64,000 nt of DNA from an uncultured Actinomycetota bacterium (lineage in GTDB: Bacteria; Actinomycetota; Actinomycetes; Mycobacteriales; Mycobacteriaceae). The stretch covers positions 35,417 to 99,416 of the forward strand of contig CAVWBC010000009.1 in NCBI GenBank assembly GCA_963753095.1, read 5' to 3'. The position numbers and the translations under genes are program-made. Positions 24,626 to 36,129 of the stretch are shown one piece after another (the first letter of the stretch is position 1; every line of letters begins with the position of its first letter). The notes below the pieces were generated by a model. That model was not told where the DNA came from and did no database searches. It worked only from the letters and a program-made list of their open reading frames with translations.

Positions 24626-25262
24626 CGGCCTTCGTTCTCGGCGATCATGCGCTGCGCGGTGTCGAAAAGCGACCTGACCGTGCAGCTCGAACATCGCGAT
24701 CAGGTCGACACTGTCGCCGCCGACCTCCTTGGCGATGAACAAGCCGTCGGCACCGGCAATGGCGTAGGTCGCCAGCTGCGCGACCTGCTCCTCGGTCAGA
24801 CCGGGCGCCAGGTCGCCGAGACTGCGGGTCAGCGCGCCGAAAGCCTGCTCGCGGACCTGCGACGAACATCGCCCGCGCCCGCGGTTCGACGGGACGGCGC
24901 TCCAGCGCGAGCATCAGGCCGAGGCGCAGGAAGTCGGGTGAATCCATGATCGCCTTGGCCGTGCCCGTGGCCGACCTCCACCAGCCGGTCGCGGGCGACC
25001 ACGATCCTCCGGGCAGCTGCCAGACTTTCAGCCAGTTGTCGAAGCTGCGCTCGATGACCGCCGCGATCAGATCGTCCTTGTCCTTGAAGTGCCAGTAGAT
25101 CGAGCTGGCCGGCAGGCCGCATTTGGTGCTCACCGCGCCGATGCTGGTGCCCTCATAGCCACGCTCGGCGGCGATTTCGGTGGCCGCGTCGAGGATCCGG
25201 GCGCGGGACAGCTCGCCATCGGCGCGGCGCTGCCGGCGCTTGGCGTTTCCTGTCGGGGCCAT
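24622..25262 (-). CDS. TetR family regulator, frameshifted
   Basis: SRARILDAATEIAAERGYEGTSI...GLPASSIYWHFKDKDDL HTH. Confidence 0.88.
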
Positions 25263-25283
25263 TCGGTTTCCCACCTCTTGACT

Positions 25284-25321
25284 CTGTAGTGATCGATACA
25301 TTACCGTATCGATCACTACAG
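25284..25321. promoter_or_regulatory. Perfect 16-bp inverted repeat, probable TetR operator
   Basis: CTGTAGTGATCGATAC-attacc-GTATCGATCACTACAG between divergent tetR and mhpA-like genes. Confidence 0.85.
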
Positions 25322-25367
25322 GAACAAGCTCCTGGTCGACGAGGACCCGACGAGATGAGAGCCAGCC

Positions 25368-26947
25368 ATGAGTGACGCAGCACCTACGACGTGGCGATCG
25401 TCGGCTACGGCCCGGTCGGCGCCACCGCCGCCAACCTGCTGGGCCAGATCGGGGCTCAATGTCGTCGTGATCGAACGTGATCCCGACATCTACTTCCGGG
25501 CGCGCGCCATCTCCACCGACGAGGAGGTGGTGCGGATCTGGCAGCAGGTCGGCCTGGCCGACCGACTCAACGCCGACATGCAGCCCGGCGCGGGCGCCAA
25601 CTTCGTCGACGCGGACGGCGTGCCGTTCGCCAAACTGCTCCCGGCCGACCGGGGCAACGGCCATCCGCCGCAGCAGTTCATCTATCAGCCTGCCGTGGAC
25701 AGGGTGCTGCGCGCAGGGCGTCGACCGCTTCCCGAACGTCTCGACTCCTGCTCGAACACGAGTGCCTGCGCCTCATCCAGCACGCCGACACTGTCGAGTT
25801 GATGCTGGCCGACCTCACCACGCGACGAGTTCACGCGGATCCGGGCCTCCTACGTGATCGCCGCCGACGGCGGCTCGAGCTGCCATTCGCGGTCAGCTGG
25901 GTGTCGGGTTCAGCGGCCGGACCTACTCGCGAGCGCTGGATCGTGATCGATACCAAGGTCCTCGAGGAGTGGCCCGGCCACGACCGGCTGCGGTTCCACT
26001 GCAATCCCGCGCGGCCGACGGTCGACTGCCCCACTCCCCTGGGCCACCATCGCTGGGAGTTCCCGGTGCGCGACGAGGAGGACGAGAAGGACCTTCTCAC
26101 CGACGACGCCATCTGGAAGGTCCTTGCCGGCCAGGGAATCACCAAGGCGAACGTCGAGATCATCGGCTTCGCCTGCTACAGCCACCACGTCCGGTTCGCC
26201 GACCGGTGGCGGGTCGGCCGGGTGTTCCTCGCCGGCGACGCCGCGCACGCGATGCCGCCGTGGATCGGCCAGGGCATGTGCGCCGGCGTGCGCGACGTCG
26301 CGAACCTGTGCTGGAAGCTGCGACGCGGTTCTAGCCGGCTCGCTGCCGGAGTCGGTGCTCGACACCTACCAGGCCGAGCGGCTGCCGCACGTCAAGGAAG
26401 TCACCAACCGCGCGGTCAAGATCGGCAAGCTCATCATCGAGCGCAATCCCATGCGCGCTGCGGTGCGCAATCACGTTCTTCCGCACCGCCAGCCAAGGTT
26501 GCCCGTACTTCACGACGTGGCTGCGCAATCATCGCTGGCTGCCCGATGCGCGCTACCGCGACGGCCTGCTTGGCCGCAATCGGCAACCCGGCCGACGGGC
26601 TGGCTGATCCCGCAGCCATGGGTCATCGACGAGAAGGGCGACCTCGTCCGCCTCGACGACGTCATCGGCGGCCGATGGGCGGTGCTGCACACCGGCGCGG
26701 AACAGCCCATGGCAGGCCTGGCGGTCGGCCGGCGTACCGGGCGTTGCAGGATCGCGCCAGCCGGGAGCGCGCCCGGCCGCCGACTGCATCGTCGACCGCG
26801 ACGGCACGCTCACCGCGTGGCTGGACAAGAAGAAAGCCACGGTTGTGGCCGTGCGACCCGACGGATTCGTCTACGCCGCCGGCAACGACGATCAGCCACT
26901 GCCCCCACCGCCGGCCGGATTCACCGTCCGCCGACCCATCCGAGTGA
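25368..26947 (+). CDS. FAD-dependent aromatic hydroxylase (MhpA-like), many frameshifts
   Basis: [65 protein letters not shown] in successive frames. Confidence 0.85.
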
Positions 26948-26957
26948 AGGACCACGC

Positions 26958-27830
26958 ATGACCGTCACCGAACTGACCGAGCACACCGTCACCGTCGCGG
27001 GCAAGCAGATCTTCGTCGCCGAGAAGGGCGACGGGCCAGCCGTGGTCATGCTGCACGGCGGCGGACCAGGCGCCTCCGGGGTGTCGAACTACTCGCGCAA
27101 CATCGACGCACTCGCCGCAGCACTATCGGGTCATCGTACCCGACATGCCCGGCTACGGCCGCTCGGCCAAGCACGTCGACCACAGCGATCCGTTCGGCTA
27201 CCTCGCCGACATCATCCGCGGCCTGCTCGACGAATTGGGCATCGCCAGAGCACATCTGGTCGGCAACTCCTACGGCGGTGCCGCTGCGCTGCGGCTGGCG
27301 CTGGACACCCCGCACCGTGTCGGCAAGCTCGTGCTGATGGGCCCGGGCGGCATCGGCACCACCCGCGGCCTGCCCACCGACGGACTGAAGAGCCTGCTGT
27401 CGTACTACGGCGGCGACGGGCCGAGCCGCGAGAAGCTGCGCACGTTCATCCGCACCTACCTGGTCTACGACGGCGCCGCGGTGCCCGACGAACTGATCGA
27501 CCTGCGCTACCAGGCCTCGATCGACCCGGAGGTGGTGGCCAACCCGCCGCTGCAACGGCCCGTCCGGACTGCGCACGCTGTGGCGGATGGACCTCACCCG
27601 CGACAAGCGGCTCAGCACAGCTGCCCAACCCCACCCTGGTGCTGTGGGGCCGCGACGACAAGGTCAACCGGCCCTCGGGCGGCGCCGCTGCTGCTGCGAC
27701 CTCATGCCCAACGCCGAGCTGGTCATGACCTCGCACACCGGGCACTGGATGCAGTGGGAGCGGGCCGAGTCTGTTCAACCGGCTCGTCGCCGACTTCCTG
27801 CCCCCGAATCGGATGTTGGCGATCGCATGA
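26958..27830 (+). CDS. Meta-cleavage product hydrolase (MhpC/BphD/HsaD-like), frameshifted
   Basis: LHGGGPGASGVSN, DMPGYGRS, LVGNSYGG, LVLWGRDD, GHWMQWE. Confidence 0.85.
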
Positions 27831-28832
27831 GCGTGTTCGGCAAGGTCCACCTCGGCTACGTCGTCATCGAAACCGAGAAGTTCGCCGACTGGCGGCGATT
27901 CGGCCGCGACGCCGTCGGCATGCATCTCGACGAGACGCTGCCCGATGTCATGCGGTTCCGCCTCGACGACAACGAATGCCGCTTCCTGCTGCAGCGCGGC
28001 CCCGCCGAGGACGCCACCGCGCTGGGCTGGCAACTCGACGACCACGCCACCTTCGAGACCATCGAGGCGCGCGTCGCGCGAGCCACGGGGTGCCGGTCAC
28101 CGAGGGCTCGGCCGAGGAGCCGCAGCTGCGCGGCGTCGAGCGATTCGTGCGGTTCCCCGGCCCCAACGGGCTGACCCAGGAGATCTACGTCAACCCCCGC
28201 ACCGGCACGGCGCCATTGCGGCTTGGCCGCCAGCGGCGGATTCGTCACCGGCGCCGGCGGAATGGGCCACGTCGCGATCGCCACGAAGAAGCCGCATCAG
28301 ATGCGCGGCTACTACAGCACCGTGTTCGACGCCCGGCTCAGTCGACTACATCGACGAGACGATCAGCGGCCTGAAGTTCAAGATCCGATTCCTGCGGGTC
28401 AACGAGCGCCACCACACCGTCGCGATCGCCGTCGGTGAACCGCCTGCCGATCAACCCGATTCGCACCAGGATTCAGCACTGTCAACGTTCAGGTCGCCGA
28501 GCTCGAACGACATGACGCCTGGCCTACCAGCGGGTCAAGGACCTCGGGTTCGACATGGCGCTGTCGGTCGGCCAGCACACCAACGACAAGGAGCTGTCGT
28601 TCTACGCGATGACCCGTCCGGGTTCGAATGGGAGGTCGGCTGGAACCCGATCGTCGTCGACGAATCCACCTGGGAGCCAACCACTCACCAGGGCATCAGC
28701 ATCTGGGGCCACACGCCCGAGGGGCAGACGATCGTCGAGCTGTTCGAGCGATTCAAGACCGGCGCGCAATCGGTGCTTCATCGCGAAGACACCGTGCCCG
28801 CGCTGGCCGGAGCCGGTATCGCCGACGACTGA
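27827..28832 (+). CDS. Extradiol ring-cleavage dioxygenase (BphC/HsaC-like, VOC fold), frameshifted
   Basis: HLGYVVIE, FRLDD, GMGHV, FLRVNERHH, VGQHTNDKELSFY, PSGFEWEVGW, SIWGH. Confidence 0.88.
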
Positions 28833-28836
28833 ACGA

Positions 28837-29689
28837 TCAACCGTTGGCGCGCGCCAGGAACGGCAGCAGCAGGTCGGCGAACCGCTGCGGGCATTCGATC
28901 TGCGGCATGTGGCCGACCCCGTTCAGCAGATGCACCTCGGCGTGCGGGTACACCCGCATGGCCTCGTCGATGTGGTGGGCGGGCAGGATGCGGTCGTGGC
29001 GTGCCCCACATGATCAGCGTCGGCCGGGGGTTCGGCGGCACGGCGGCGGCGAGTTCACGCCGCCACTGCGGCTTCACGCCGCGGCCGGCGGCCAGTTCGA
29101 GGGCGGTTTCCCGCAGGGCCGCACCGTTATCGGGCTGGCGAGCCGACAGCGAACGCGTGGTCGATGCGCTCCTTGGTGGCCACCGAGCTTGTTCGCGTGG
29201 ATCGTGCGCTCGAAGAGCGCGGCGCTCGCGCGGGTGGGCCGGCGGGTGCTCAGTGGCTCCGAGCACCGGCATGGTGAGCATCCGCAGCAGCAGGGTGACC
29301 TCGCTGCCGAACCCGGCGCTGTTGATCAGCGCCAGGCTGGCGACCCGCTCGGGTTGGTCGGCCAGCAGCTGCTGGGCGATCGCCCCGCCGAGCGAGTTGC
29401 CCACCACGTGGACGGGCCTGGTCTCGCCGAGCGTGTCGAGGGTGTCGGCGACGCCGCGGGCGAAGCACCGCCGATGTGATCGCCTCCCGGTGCGCTCGGA
29501 AAACCCGAAGCCCGGCACGTCGAGGGCGATGGTCCGGTACGACTGGGCCAGCCGCTCGTACTGGGGCGCCCAATCCTCCAGGCTGCGGCCGATCCCGTGC
29601 ACCAGCAGCACCGGCGGGCTGTCCGGGTCACCGTCGACCCGGACCCGGGTACGCCGGCCGTCGACCTCGATGAAGGTGGGCCGGCTCAT
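28837..29689 (-). CDS. Alpha/beta hydrolase, frameshifted
   Basis: VLLVHGIGRSLEDW, DVPGFGFS, VVGNSLGG, GHMPQIE; ATGA overlap with the BVMO stop. Confidence 0.85.
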
Positions 29690-31219
29690 GCCCGTGGCGA
29701 GGTCCAGCCCCGAAACGGCTCGGCCGGAACGGCCGTGCTGAACCGCAGCGCGGGATCCTCGACCGGGCCCTTGCGCAACCGGGCGTGGTCGGACCAGAAG
29801 TCCATCTCGACCGTCCACGGCCCGCTCGTGCCCTGCTGCGGGAACAGGTCCACCCCGCGCTGGATGTAGCCGGCCGAGAAGTCCAGCATCGGGCGCTTCT
29901 CGATCATCGGGTTGTCGACGACCGGAACGACGGTGGTGTAGCCGTGCGGTCCATGTAGCCCAATCAGCCGGCACAGGTGTTCGCAGACCAGGTCGACCTT
30001 CAGCGTCCACGACGAGTTGGTGTAGCCGAACGCGAACGCGAGGTTGGGGATATCGGAGAGCATGAAGCTCTTGTAGACCAGCGACTGGTGCGGATCCTTG
30101 ACCTCGCCGTCGACGGCGACCTGGATGCCGCCGAACGGAAGCAGCTTCAAACCTGTTGCGGTGACGATGATGTCGGCCTCGAGCTCACGGCCGGACTGCA
30201 GCAGGATCCCGTTCTTGGTGAACCGCGCGATGCGGTCGGTGACCACCTAGGCCTTGCCACGACGAGATCGGCGCGGAACAGATCGCATCGGGCACCGCGC
30301 ACAGCCGTTGATCCCACGGGTTGTAGTTGGGGTTGAAGTGGGTGTCGACGTCGTAGCCCTCGGGCAGCGCCTTGACGTTGATCGCGTGGATGATGCGGCG
30401 CGCCTGCTTGGGATGGCGCTGGCACAGGTTGTAGATCGGGCCGGCCCTTGCTGATGTTGAACGGGTGTCGCGGCATAGGCCGCCTTGGCCGGCAGCACCT
30501 TTCGCAACGTCGTTGGCGATCGGGTCCTGCGCGGCAGCGGCATCACATAGGACGGCGAGCGCTGCAGCATGGTGATGTGTTCGACGTCGTCGGCCATGGC
30601 GGGAATCAACGTGACCGCGGTCGCGCCGCTGCCGATGACGACGACCTTCTTGCCCTTGTAGTCGAGGTCCTCCGGCCAGGACTGCGGGTGCACGATCGAC
30701 CCCTCGAAGTCCTCTTCGCCCTCGAAGTGCGGGCGTGGCCGCCGGCGTAGTCGTAGTAGCCGGTCGCGCCGAACAGCGAGTCGCAGGTGACCTCGAACTG
30801 CTCGCCGGCACGTTCCAGGGTGACCGTCCACTGCGCGGTATCCGAGTCGAAGTTGGCCCGTATCACCTTGTGCTGCAGGTAGATCCGGCGGGCCAGGTCG
30901 TCCTCGTCGATGACCTCGTGGAGGTAGTCGAGAATCTCGTGGGCGTCGGCGATCGCGTTGTCGACTGGTCCACGGCTTGAACTCGTAGCCGAAGGTGTGC
31001 AGGTCGGAGTCCGACCGAATGCCGGGGTACCGGAACAGATCCCAGGTGCCGCCGATGGTGTCGCGGCCGTCGACGATCGCGAAGGTCTTGCCGGGCTGGT
31101 TGGCTGACCAGGTAGTGGCCCATCCCGAGACCGGAGATTCCGGCTCCGACGATCAGCACGTCGACATGGCCGCTGAGCGGCTGCGTCGGGCGGGCCTGGT
31201 TGAGCGAGTTCACGGTCAT
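29686..31219 (-). CDS. Baeyer-Villiger/flavin-containing monooxygenase (EthA/MymA-like), many frameshifts
   Basis: VLIVGAGISG, GGTWDLFRYPGIRSDSD, F.G.IVHPQSW fingerprint, VIGSGATA, YNPWDQRLC, GYTNSSWTLK. Confidence 0.88.
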
Positions 31220-31245
31220 CGAGCACTCTCCGGTTCGTGGGCTAG

Positions 31246-31274
31246 AAACTGTAACGCGAATAGTGTTATAGTTT
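31246..31274. promoter_or_regulatory. Imperfect AT-rich inverted repeat, probable TetR operator overlapping promoters
   Basis: AAACTGTAACGC-gaata-GTGTTATAGTTT between divergent BVMO and tetR; contains TATAGT. Confidence 0.65.
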
Positions 31275-31314
31275 TGCGAACAGCTGTCAAGGGGTTCCGG
31301 AGAAGAGGACGCAG

Positions 31315-31933
31315 ATGACCACAGCGTCGGTTCCGCGGCGGGCACCCGTTCAGGCCCGCAGCCGGCAGACCGTGGCCCGCATCCTCGATGCCGCCGTGGC
31401 GATCGCCGACCAAGAGGGCGTCGACGCGGTCACCACCCGCGCGATCGCCGACCGCGCCGGGGTGTCCTATCCCTCGCTGTACCGGTTCTTCGCCGACCGC
31501 GACGCCATCCTCGACGAGCTCATGGAGCGCCACTGCGCCGAGATCGACGCGCTGCTGCGTGGCCGCCGAGCAGACCTGGGAGATCACCTCGTTCGCCGAG
31601 TTGCTCAACAACGAGATCGACCTCCACGTCGACTACTACCGCCAAGCACCCGAGCTCGGCGAGCTTGTGGATGGGTGGGCGGACCTCCCCCACCGTCACC
31701 AAGCACGTCCACCTCCGGATGCAGACACTGGCCAACCGGCTGCACGACATCCTGGTCGACCGCGCGGGCTGATTCCCGCCGACACCGACCGGCGCAACAT
31801 GCTGGTGGCCGTCGAGATGGCCGACCGCGTGCTGGAGTTGTCCTACCGCGACAACAGCGACTTCGACGAGGCGATCCTCGACATCGGCCGCACGGCTCTG
31901 GTCGCCTTCGGCGAAGCGCTCGCCGCCTCCTGA
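31315..31933 (+). CDS. TetR family regulator, frameshifted
   Basis: PVQARSRQTVARILDAA...TTRAIADRAGVSYPSLYRFFADRDAI. Confidence 0.88.
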
Positions 31934-31938
31934 ACGCC

Positions 31939-31996
31939 TTGAGACCGCACTCAGATCGACAATTCGCCCGGAACGTCGCTCTGTGCGCGATCTCAA
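31939..31996. repeat. REP-like imperfect palindrome between convergent genes
   Basis: TTGAGACCGCACTCAGATCGAC...GTCGCTCTGTGCGCGATCTCAA. Confidence 0.65.
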
Positions 31997-32000
31997 CGCG

Positions 32001-33551
32001 TCAGAGCTCGGCGCTGGCCTCCCGCAGGCGTTCGAAGGCCGCGGCGAAGCCGTCGACGATGGTCTCGTGGTCGGGCACCAGTGTCTTGTCGCAGGCGATG
32101 CCGACGATCACCGTGCCGTTGTAGCTCGAGATGGTGAAGCTCATCGGCTGGTCACCGGACACCGGCGCCCATCCGACGATGCCCTCGACCCGGCTGCCCG
32201 CCAGGTACACCGGCATCGGCGGGCCCGGGACATTCGTCAGCGTGCCGAGGGTCCGGTTGGTGAACAGGTCGACCGACGCCTCGTAGAGTCCCCGGCTCAG
32301 CCCGGCGATCGCCTCCTGCAGCCGAAACGCCAGCGCCGCCTCATGGCCGTGCTTGATCCGGTTCATCCGTCGCTTGGCCGCGGCCAGTACCCGCCGCGCA
32401 TCCGGTTCGTCGGTCGGCAGTTCCAGTTGCACCAGGGCGAAGTCGTTGCCGAGCGTGTCGGGCAACGTCAGGTCGAGCGGCTTGAGGTTCACCGGCACCA
32501 TGAACGTCACCGACGAGCACCGGGCCTGGTGCGCCTGCAGGTAATCGTGCAGGGCCGCTGCCACACCGGCGACCAGCACGTCGTTGACCGTGCAGTTGTT
32601 GGCCTTCGCGACCGCCTTGACCGTGGCCAGCGGCAGCGGTTCCGACCAGGCGACTCCCTTGTCCTCGCCGGCGGTGCCGGTCCACATGGTGGCGTCGTTG
32701 CGGGTGCCGAGCAGCAGTTTGCGCGCGGTGTCGACATCGCCTGGCGCAGCGGAGAATACGTCCACCAACGCGCCGCCGCCGGGCAGCGCTGCGCGCATCG
32801 AGGTGGCGACGTCGGCGCCGGTCGCCCAGGCCGCCGCGATCAGCGTGTGGCCCGCCCCTACCGGGTTGCGCAGAGCCAGCTGCCCGAAGTCATTGGCCTG
32901 CTTCAACATGCGCGGGGCATCGGTGACGGTGGCGATCACCTCGCCGACGCGGGAGATCGCCTCGCGGGCCGTCGTCGCGGCATCCGCGGCACCCGACCGT
33001 ACCCGCTGTGCCAGCGGCTGGCCGGGCGGATGCGCGTGGGCAGCGTGCTGGACGACGCTCGGTGCGAGGATCGGGCCGCCTTGCGGGGAGGCGTCGAAAA
33101 GGCTCATCGACAGCTGCACCATCCGCATGCCGTCGGCGATCGCGTGGTGGGTCCGCAGGATCATGGCGCTGCCGCCGCGATAGCGATTCACCCAGATCAG
33201 CTGCCACAAGGCCTTTTCGCGGTCGAGCATCTCGGTGCGATGAGCTGCCACCGCGGCTTGCAGTGCGCGCGGGTCACTGCGCTTCTTCAGCGTGACGCGC
33301 TTGACGTGCGCGTCGAAGTCGAAGTCCTCGTCGTACTCCCACCACCACGATCCGTCGGGATCCTTGACCGCGCGGCTGCGGAACACCGGATAGCGCTCGA
33401 TGAGTCGCTCTTGTAGGACCCGCCGCACCGCGGTGAAGTCGAGCGGCTCGGCGGTCCAGATCACCGAATCCACGACCATCAGGTTGTGCGGGCGGTCCAT
33501 CTCCAGCCACAGGGCATCCTGGACGCCGAGCCGCTGCCGGTCGTGCGTCAT
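32001..33551 (-). CDS. Wax ester synthase/diacylglycerol acyltransferase (WS/DGAT)
   Basis: Catalytic HHAIADG; TVNDVL; TNVPGP. Confidence 0.92.
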   Translation of the reverse strand: MTHDRQRLGVQDALWLEMDRPHNLMVVDSVIWTAEPLDFTAVRRVLQERLIERYPVFRSRAVKDPDGSWWWEYDEDFDFDAHVKRVTLKKRSDPRALQAAVAAHRTEMLDREKALWQLIWVNRYRGGSAMILRTHHAIADGMRMVQLSMSLFDASPQGGPILAPSVVQHAAHAHPPGQPLAQRVRSGAADAATTAREAISRVGEVIATVTDAPRMLKQANDFGQLALRNPVGAGHTLIAAAWATGADVATSMRAALPGGGALVDVFSAAPGDVDTARKLLLGTRNDATMWTGTAGEDKGVAWSEPLPLATVKAVAKANNCTVNDVLVAGVAAALHDYLQAHQARCSSVTFMVPVNLKPLDLTLPDTLGNDFALVQLELPTDEPDARRVLAAAKRRMNRIKHGHEAALAFRLQEAIAGLSRGLYEASVDLFTNRTLGTLTNVPGPPMPVYLAGSRVEGIVGWAPVSGDQPMSFTISSYNGTVIVGIACDKTLVPDHETIVDGFAAAFERLREASAEL

Positions 33552-34372
33552 CGGGGATCAGCACCCATCGCAGCCGCACTCGCCTGCGCGATGAGGCGCA
33601 CCGCGTCGTTGCGCGGCATCGCGGCCATCACCTGACCGAGGGCTCGCAGTTGATCGCCGACCATCAACGTCGGACCGTTCGACAGGTTCTCGAACGCCTC
33701 GGCGATGACGTCGCCGACGGGAACGGCGTCGGTCGCCGGGTGGTCCTCGGAAGGAATCCGGCCCCGACTCACTTCCAGGCGGCGCAGGGCCGGGGTGTCG
33801 GTCTTGCCCAGAATGAGTCCGAGGACGTCGACGCCGTGGTCGTGGACTTCGGTCCACAGCGCTTCGGCGAACACCATGTCGAAGGCCTTCGTCGCTCCGT
33901 AGGCCACCATGTTCGGGCCGCCGGCGAATCCGGCGCCGGAGCCGAAGATCACGATGCCGCCGCGTCCGCGCCGCACCATGGGTGCCGCGAAGTGATGGCA
34001 CAGCTGAACCGGCACCACGCAGTTGCGCTGGATCATCGACTCCGCGGCTTCCAGCGGGCCGGCCAGAAACGGGGCGAAGTCGGGATCGGCGCCCGCGCAG
34101 TAGACCAGGAAGCCGACGTCGATGTCGGCGGTGGCCTCAATGATGCCGGCAGACGCACCAGGTAGCGCGAGATCGGTTGCCAGCGTTCGCGTTTGCAGCC
34201 CGGTGCGGTCGGTGATGGCGGCGGCGACCTCGTCCAGCACGGCCTGGCGGCGCGCCACCAGAACCACATTGAGTCCGCGGTGGGCGAGCTCTTCCGCGAA
34301 GGCGGCGCCGACGCCGTCGGATGCTCCGGCCACCACCGCCCACGGACCGTACTTTTCTGCGAATGTCGTCAT
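33548..34372 (-). CDS. SDR family oxidoreductase
   Basis: KYGPWAVVAGASDGVG, YGATKAF. Confidence 0.9.
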   Translation of the reverse strand: MTTFAEKYGPWAVVAGASDGVGAAFAEELAHRGLNVVLVARRQAVLDEVAAAITDRTGLQTRTLATDLALPGASAGIIEATADIDVGFLVYCAGADPDFAPFLAGPLEAAESMIQRNCVVPVQLCHHFAAPMVRRGRGGIVIFGSGAGFAGGPNMVAYGATKAFDMVFAEALWTEVHDHGVDVLGLILGKTDTPALRRLEVSRGRIPSEDHPATDAVPVGDVIAEAFENLSNGPTLMVGDQLRALGQVMAAMPRNDAVRLIAQASAAAMGADPR

Positions 34373-34375
34373 GTG

Positions 34376-34789
34376 TCACTGCCCGTCGATGGTGGTGATC
34401 CGCACCTGGGTGAAGCGTCGGCGGGCGATGCGCCAGCCCTGCGGGGTCCGGACGAGGTCGTCGTCGTAGAAGCCGGCCGCATTCACTCCGGTCGGATTGT
34501 CGGCGGCCATGATCAAAACATCGACGTAACTGCGGGCTGCTGCCCGGTCGCCATCGACGTCGACGGCCTCGTTGGTGATGCGGTGCAATGTGTGGCCGGC
34601 CGCCGCATGCACATGGTCCATGAAATCGGTGACGGCGTCCACGCCCCGCCACGACCCGATCTGGCCGTAGTCCAGTTCGCAGTCGTCGGTGAACACGGTG
34701 CGGAACAACGGCCAGTCCCGCCGGTCGATGCCGGTCGCATAGCGGATCAAGAGCTCACCGATGTCCTGGCGGTCCTCGCGTTCGCTCAT
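34376..34789 (-). CDS. NTF2/SnoaL-like domain protein
   Basis: DRQDIGELLIRYATGIDRRDW...FTDD...HRITN...YDDDLVRTPQGWRI. Confidence 0.88.
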   Translation of the reverse strand: MSEREDRQDIGELLIRYATGIDRRDWPLFRTVFTDDCELDYGQIGSWRGVDAVTDFMDHVHAAAGHTLHRITNEAVDVDGDRAAARSYVDVLIMAADNPTGVNAAGFYDDDLVRTPQGWRIARRRFTQVRITTIDGQ

Positions 34790-35409
34790 TCGCTGTCTCC
34801 GTTCATGTCAATGCCCGCTGGAGAGGGTTTTACCACCGAAACGGCACCGGGAGGCCGTCGACTCCTGCCCAACAGCCACGCCTCGCCGCCGCCCTCGCCG
34901 GCGTCGACGATCTCCAGGCCGGAGAACGCGGTACGAAGCTCACCCGGCTCGGCGCGGAACGGTCCGGGGACCGCGCCGACCTCGCTGAGGGCCGAGATCG
35001 CCAGCAGCCCACCCGGTGCGAGGCGCGCGACGAGGTCCGGGTCAAGGGTGCGGGCGCGGAACTTGTGGCAGACGATGACGTCGGCGGGTGGCCCCGGCGG
35101 CAGCCCGTCGTCGAGGTCGACCACGTCGAACCGGCACTGGACAGCCACCCCGGCGAGTCGAGCCAACTCCCGCGCCTGATCGACGGCCACCGGCGAGACA
35201 TCCCACCCCCACACCTCCAGACCACGGCGGGCGAGCCAGACGGCCGCGATGCCCCCGCCGCACGCCACGTCGAGGGCTCGCCCCGCAGTGGGGAACTCGT
35301 CGGCGTGAGCGGCGAACACCGACGGGAGCTCAATCGCTTCCACCGTCGCCGGTCCTCGGCTGCGATACCTCTCGTCCCAGCGCAGACGATCCTCGACCGA
35401 CATCCGCAT
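34786..35409 (-). CDS. Class I SAM-dependent methyltransferase
   Basis: WDERY, RALDVACGGG, DVSPVAV, LAPGG. Confidence 0.85.
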   Translation of the reverse strand: MRMSVEDRLRWDERYRSRGPATVEAIELPSVFAAHADEFPTAGRALDVACGGGIAAVWLARRGLEVWGWDVSPVAVDQARELARLAGVAVQCRFDVVDLDDGLPPGPPADVIVCHKFRARTLDPDLVARLAPGGLLAISALSEVGAVPGPFRAEPGELRTAFSGLEIVDAGEGGGEAWLLGRSRRPPGAVSVVKPSPAGIDMNGDSE

Positions 35410-35412
35410 GAC

Positions 35413-36129
35413 CTAGCGGCGCTCGAAGTGCTGGTAGTCGACCGGGTTCCGCCATGCGCCGCCCCAGCGCCACCCGCGATCGGTGAACGCGAGCACCGCC
35501 GGGTCGCCGGCGTGCAGGATCCCGGGATCGGTGCGCTTGCGGTCCAGGTACTGCGCCGCGATCCGCGGTTGCAGGTCGCCGGTGTTGTCGATGTAGGGGT
35601 TGAGGAGCGGGTTGAGATCGATCGCCCGGCCATAGGCGTGCAGCGACCAACGATCCGAGTTCGGCAGCGGCCGGCAGTTGAACGCGGAGGTGTTGTTGTC
35701 CTCCATCGACAATTCGTCCTCGGCGCCCGGATAGTGCTCGACGGTCCGCATTTTGGCAACGGGGTAGCGCAGCCGCAGGAGTTGCTCGAAGATCGCGATG
35801 ACGTCGGGTACGAGGTCCTGGTGCACGATCAGATCACCGCGGTGGATCAGACCGTCGAATCCGAGGTAGTCGAGTTCGACCCGGCGCAACTGTTCCGGCC
35901 CGACCGGGCATCCCGGCCGCCAGGTCGCACCCAGTTCCGCCGCGCCGACCGGGTGAACGACGGCGGGACGCGGCGCCTGCGACGGGGTGGTCACCGGCGG
36001 CGACGGGGCGGCGACCACCGGAGGTGGCGGCGCGGGCGGGCGCGGCGCACATTGAACCAGGGCGACACCGGCGGTGGTCGCTGCCACTAGGACGCCGAGC
36101 CGTCTGGACACCAACGATGCTCGGCTCAC
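35413..36129 (-). CDS. M15 family metallopeptidase, probable lipoprotein
   Basis: NNTSAFNCR, SLHAYGRAIDLNP, WRWGG.W...DYQHFE; signal ending LVQC. Confidence 0.88.
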   Translation of the reverse strand: MSRASLVSRRLGVLVAATTAGVALVQCAPRPPAPPPPVVAAPSPPVTTPSQAPRPAVVHPVGAAELGATWRPGCPVGPEQLRRVELDYLGFDGLIHRGDLIVHQDLVPDVIAIFEQLLRLRYPVAKMRTVEHYPGAEDELSMEDNNTSAFNCRPLPNSDRWSLHAYGRAIDLNPLLNPYIDNTGDLQPRIAAQYLDRKRTDPGILHAGDPAVLAFTDRGWRWGGAWRNPVDYQHFERR

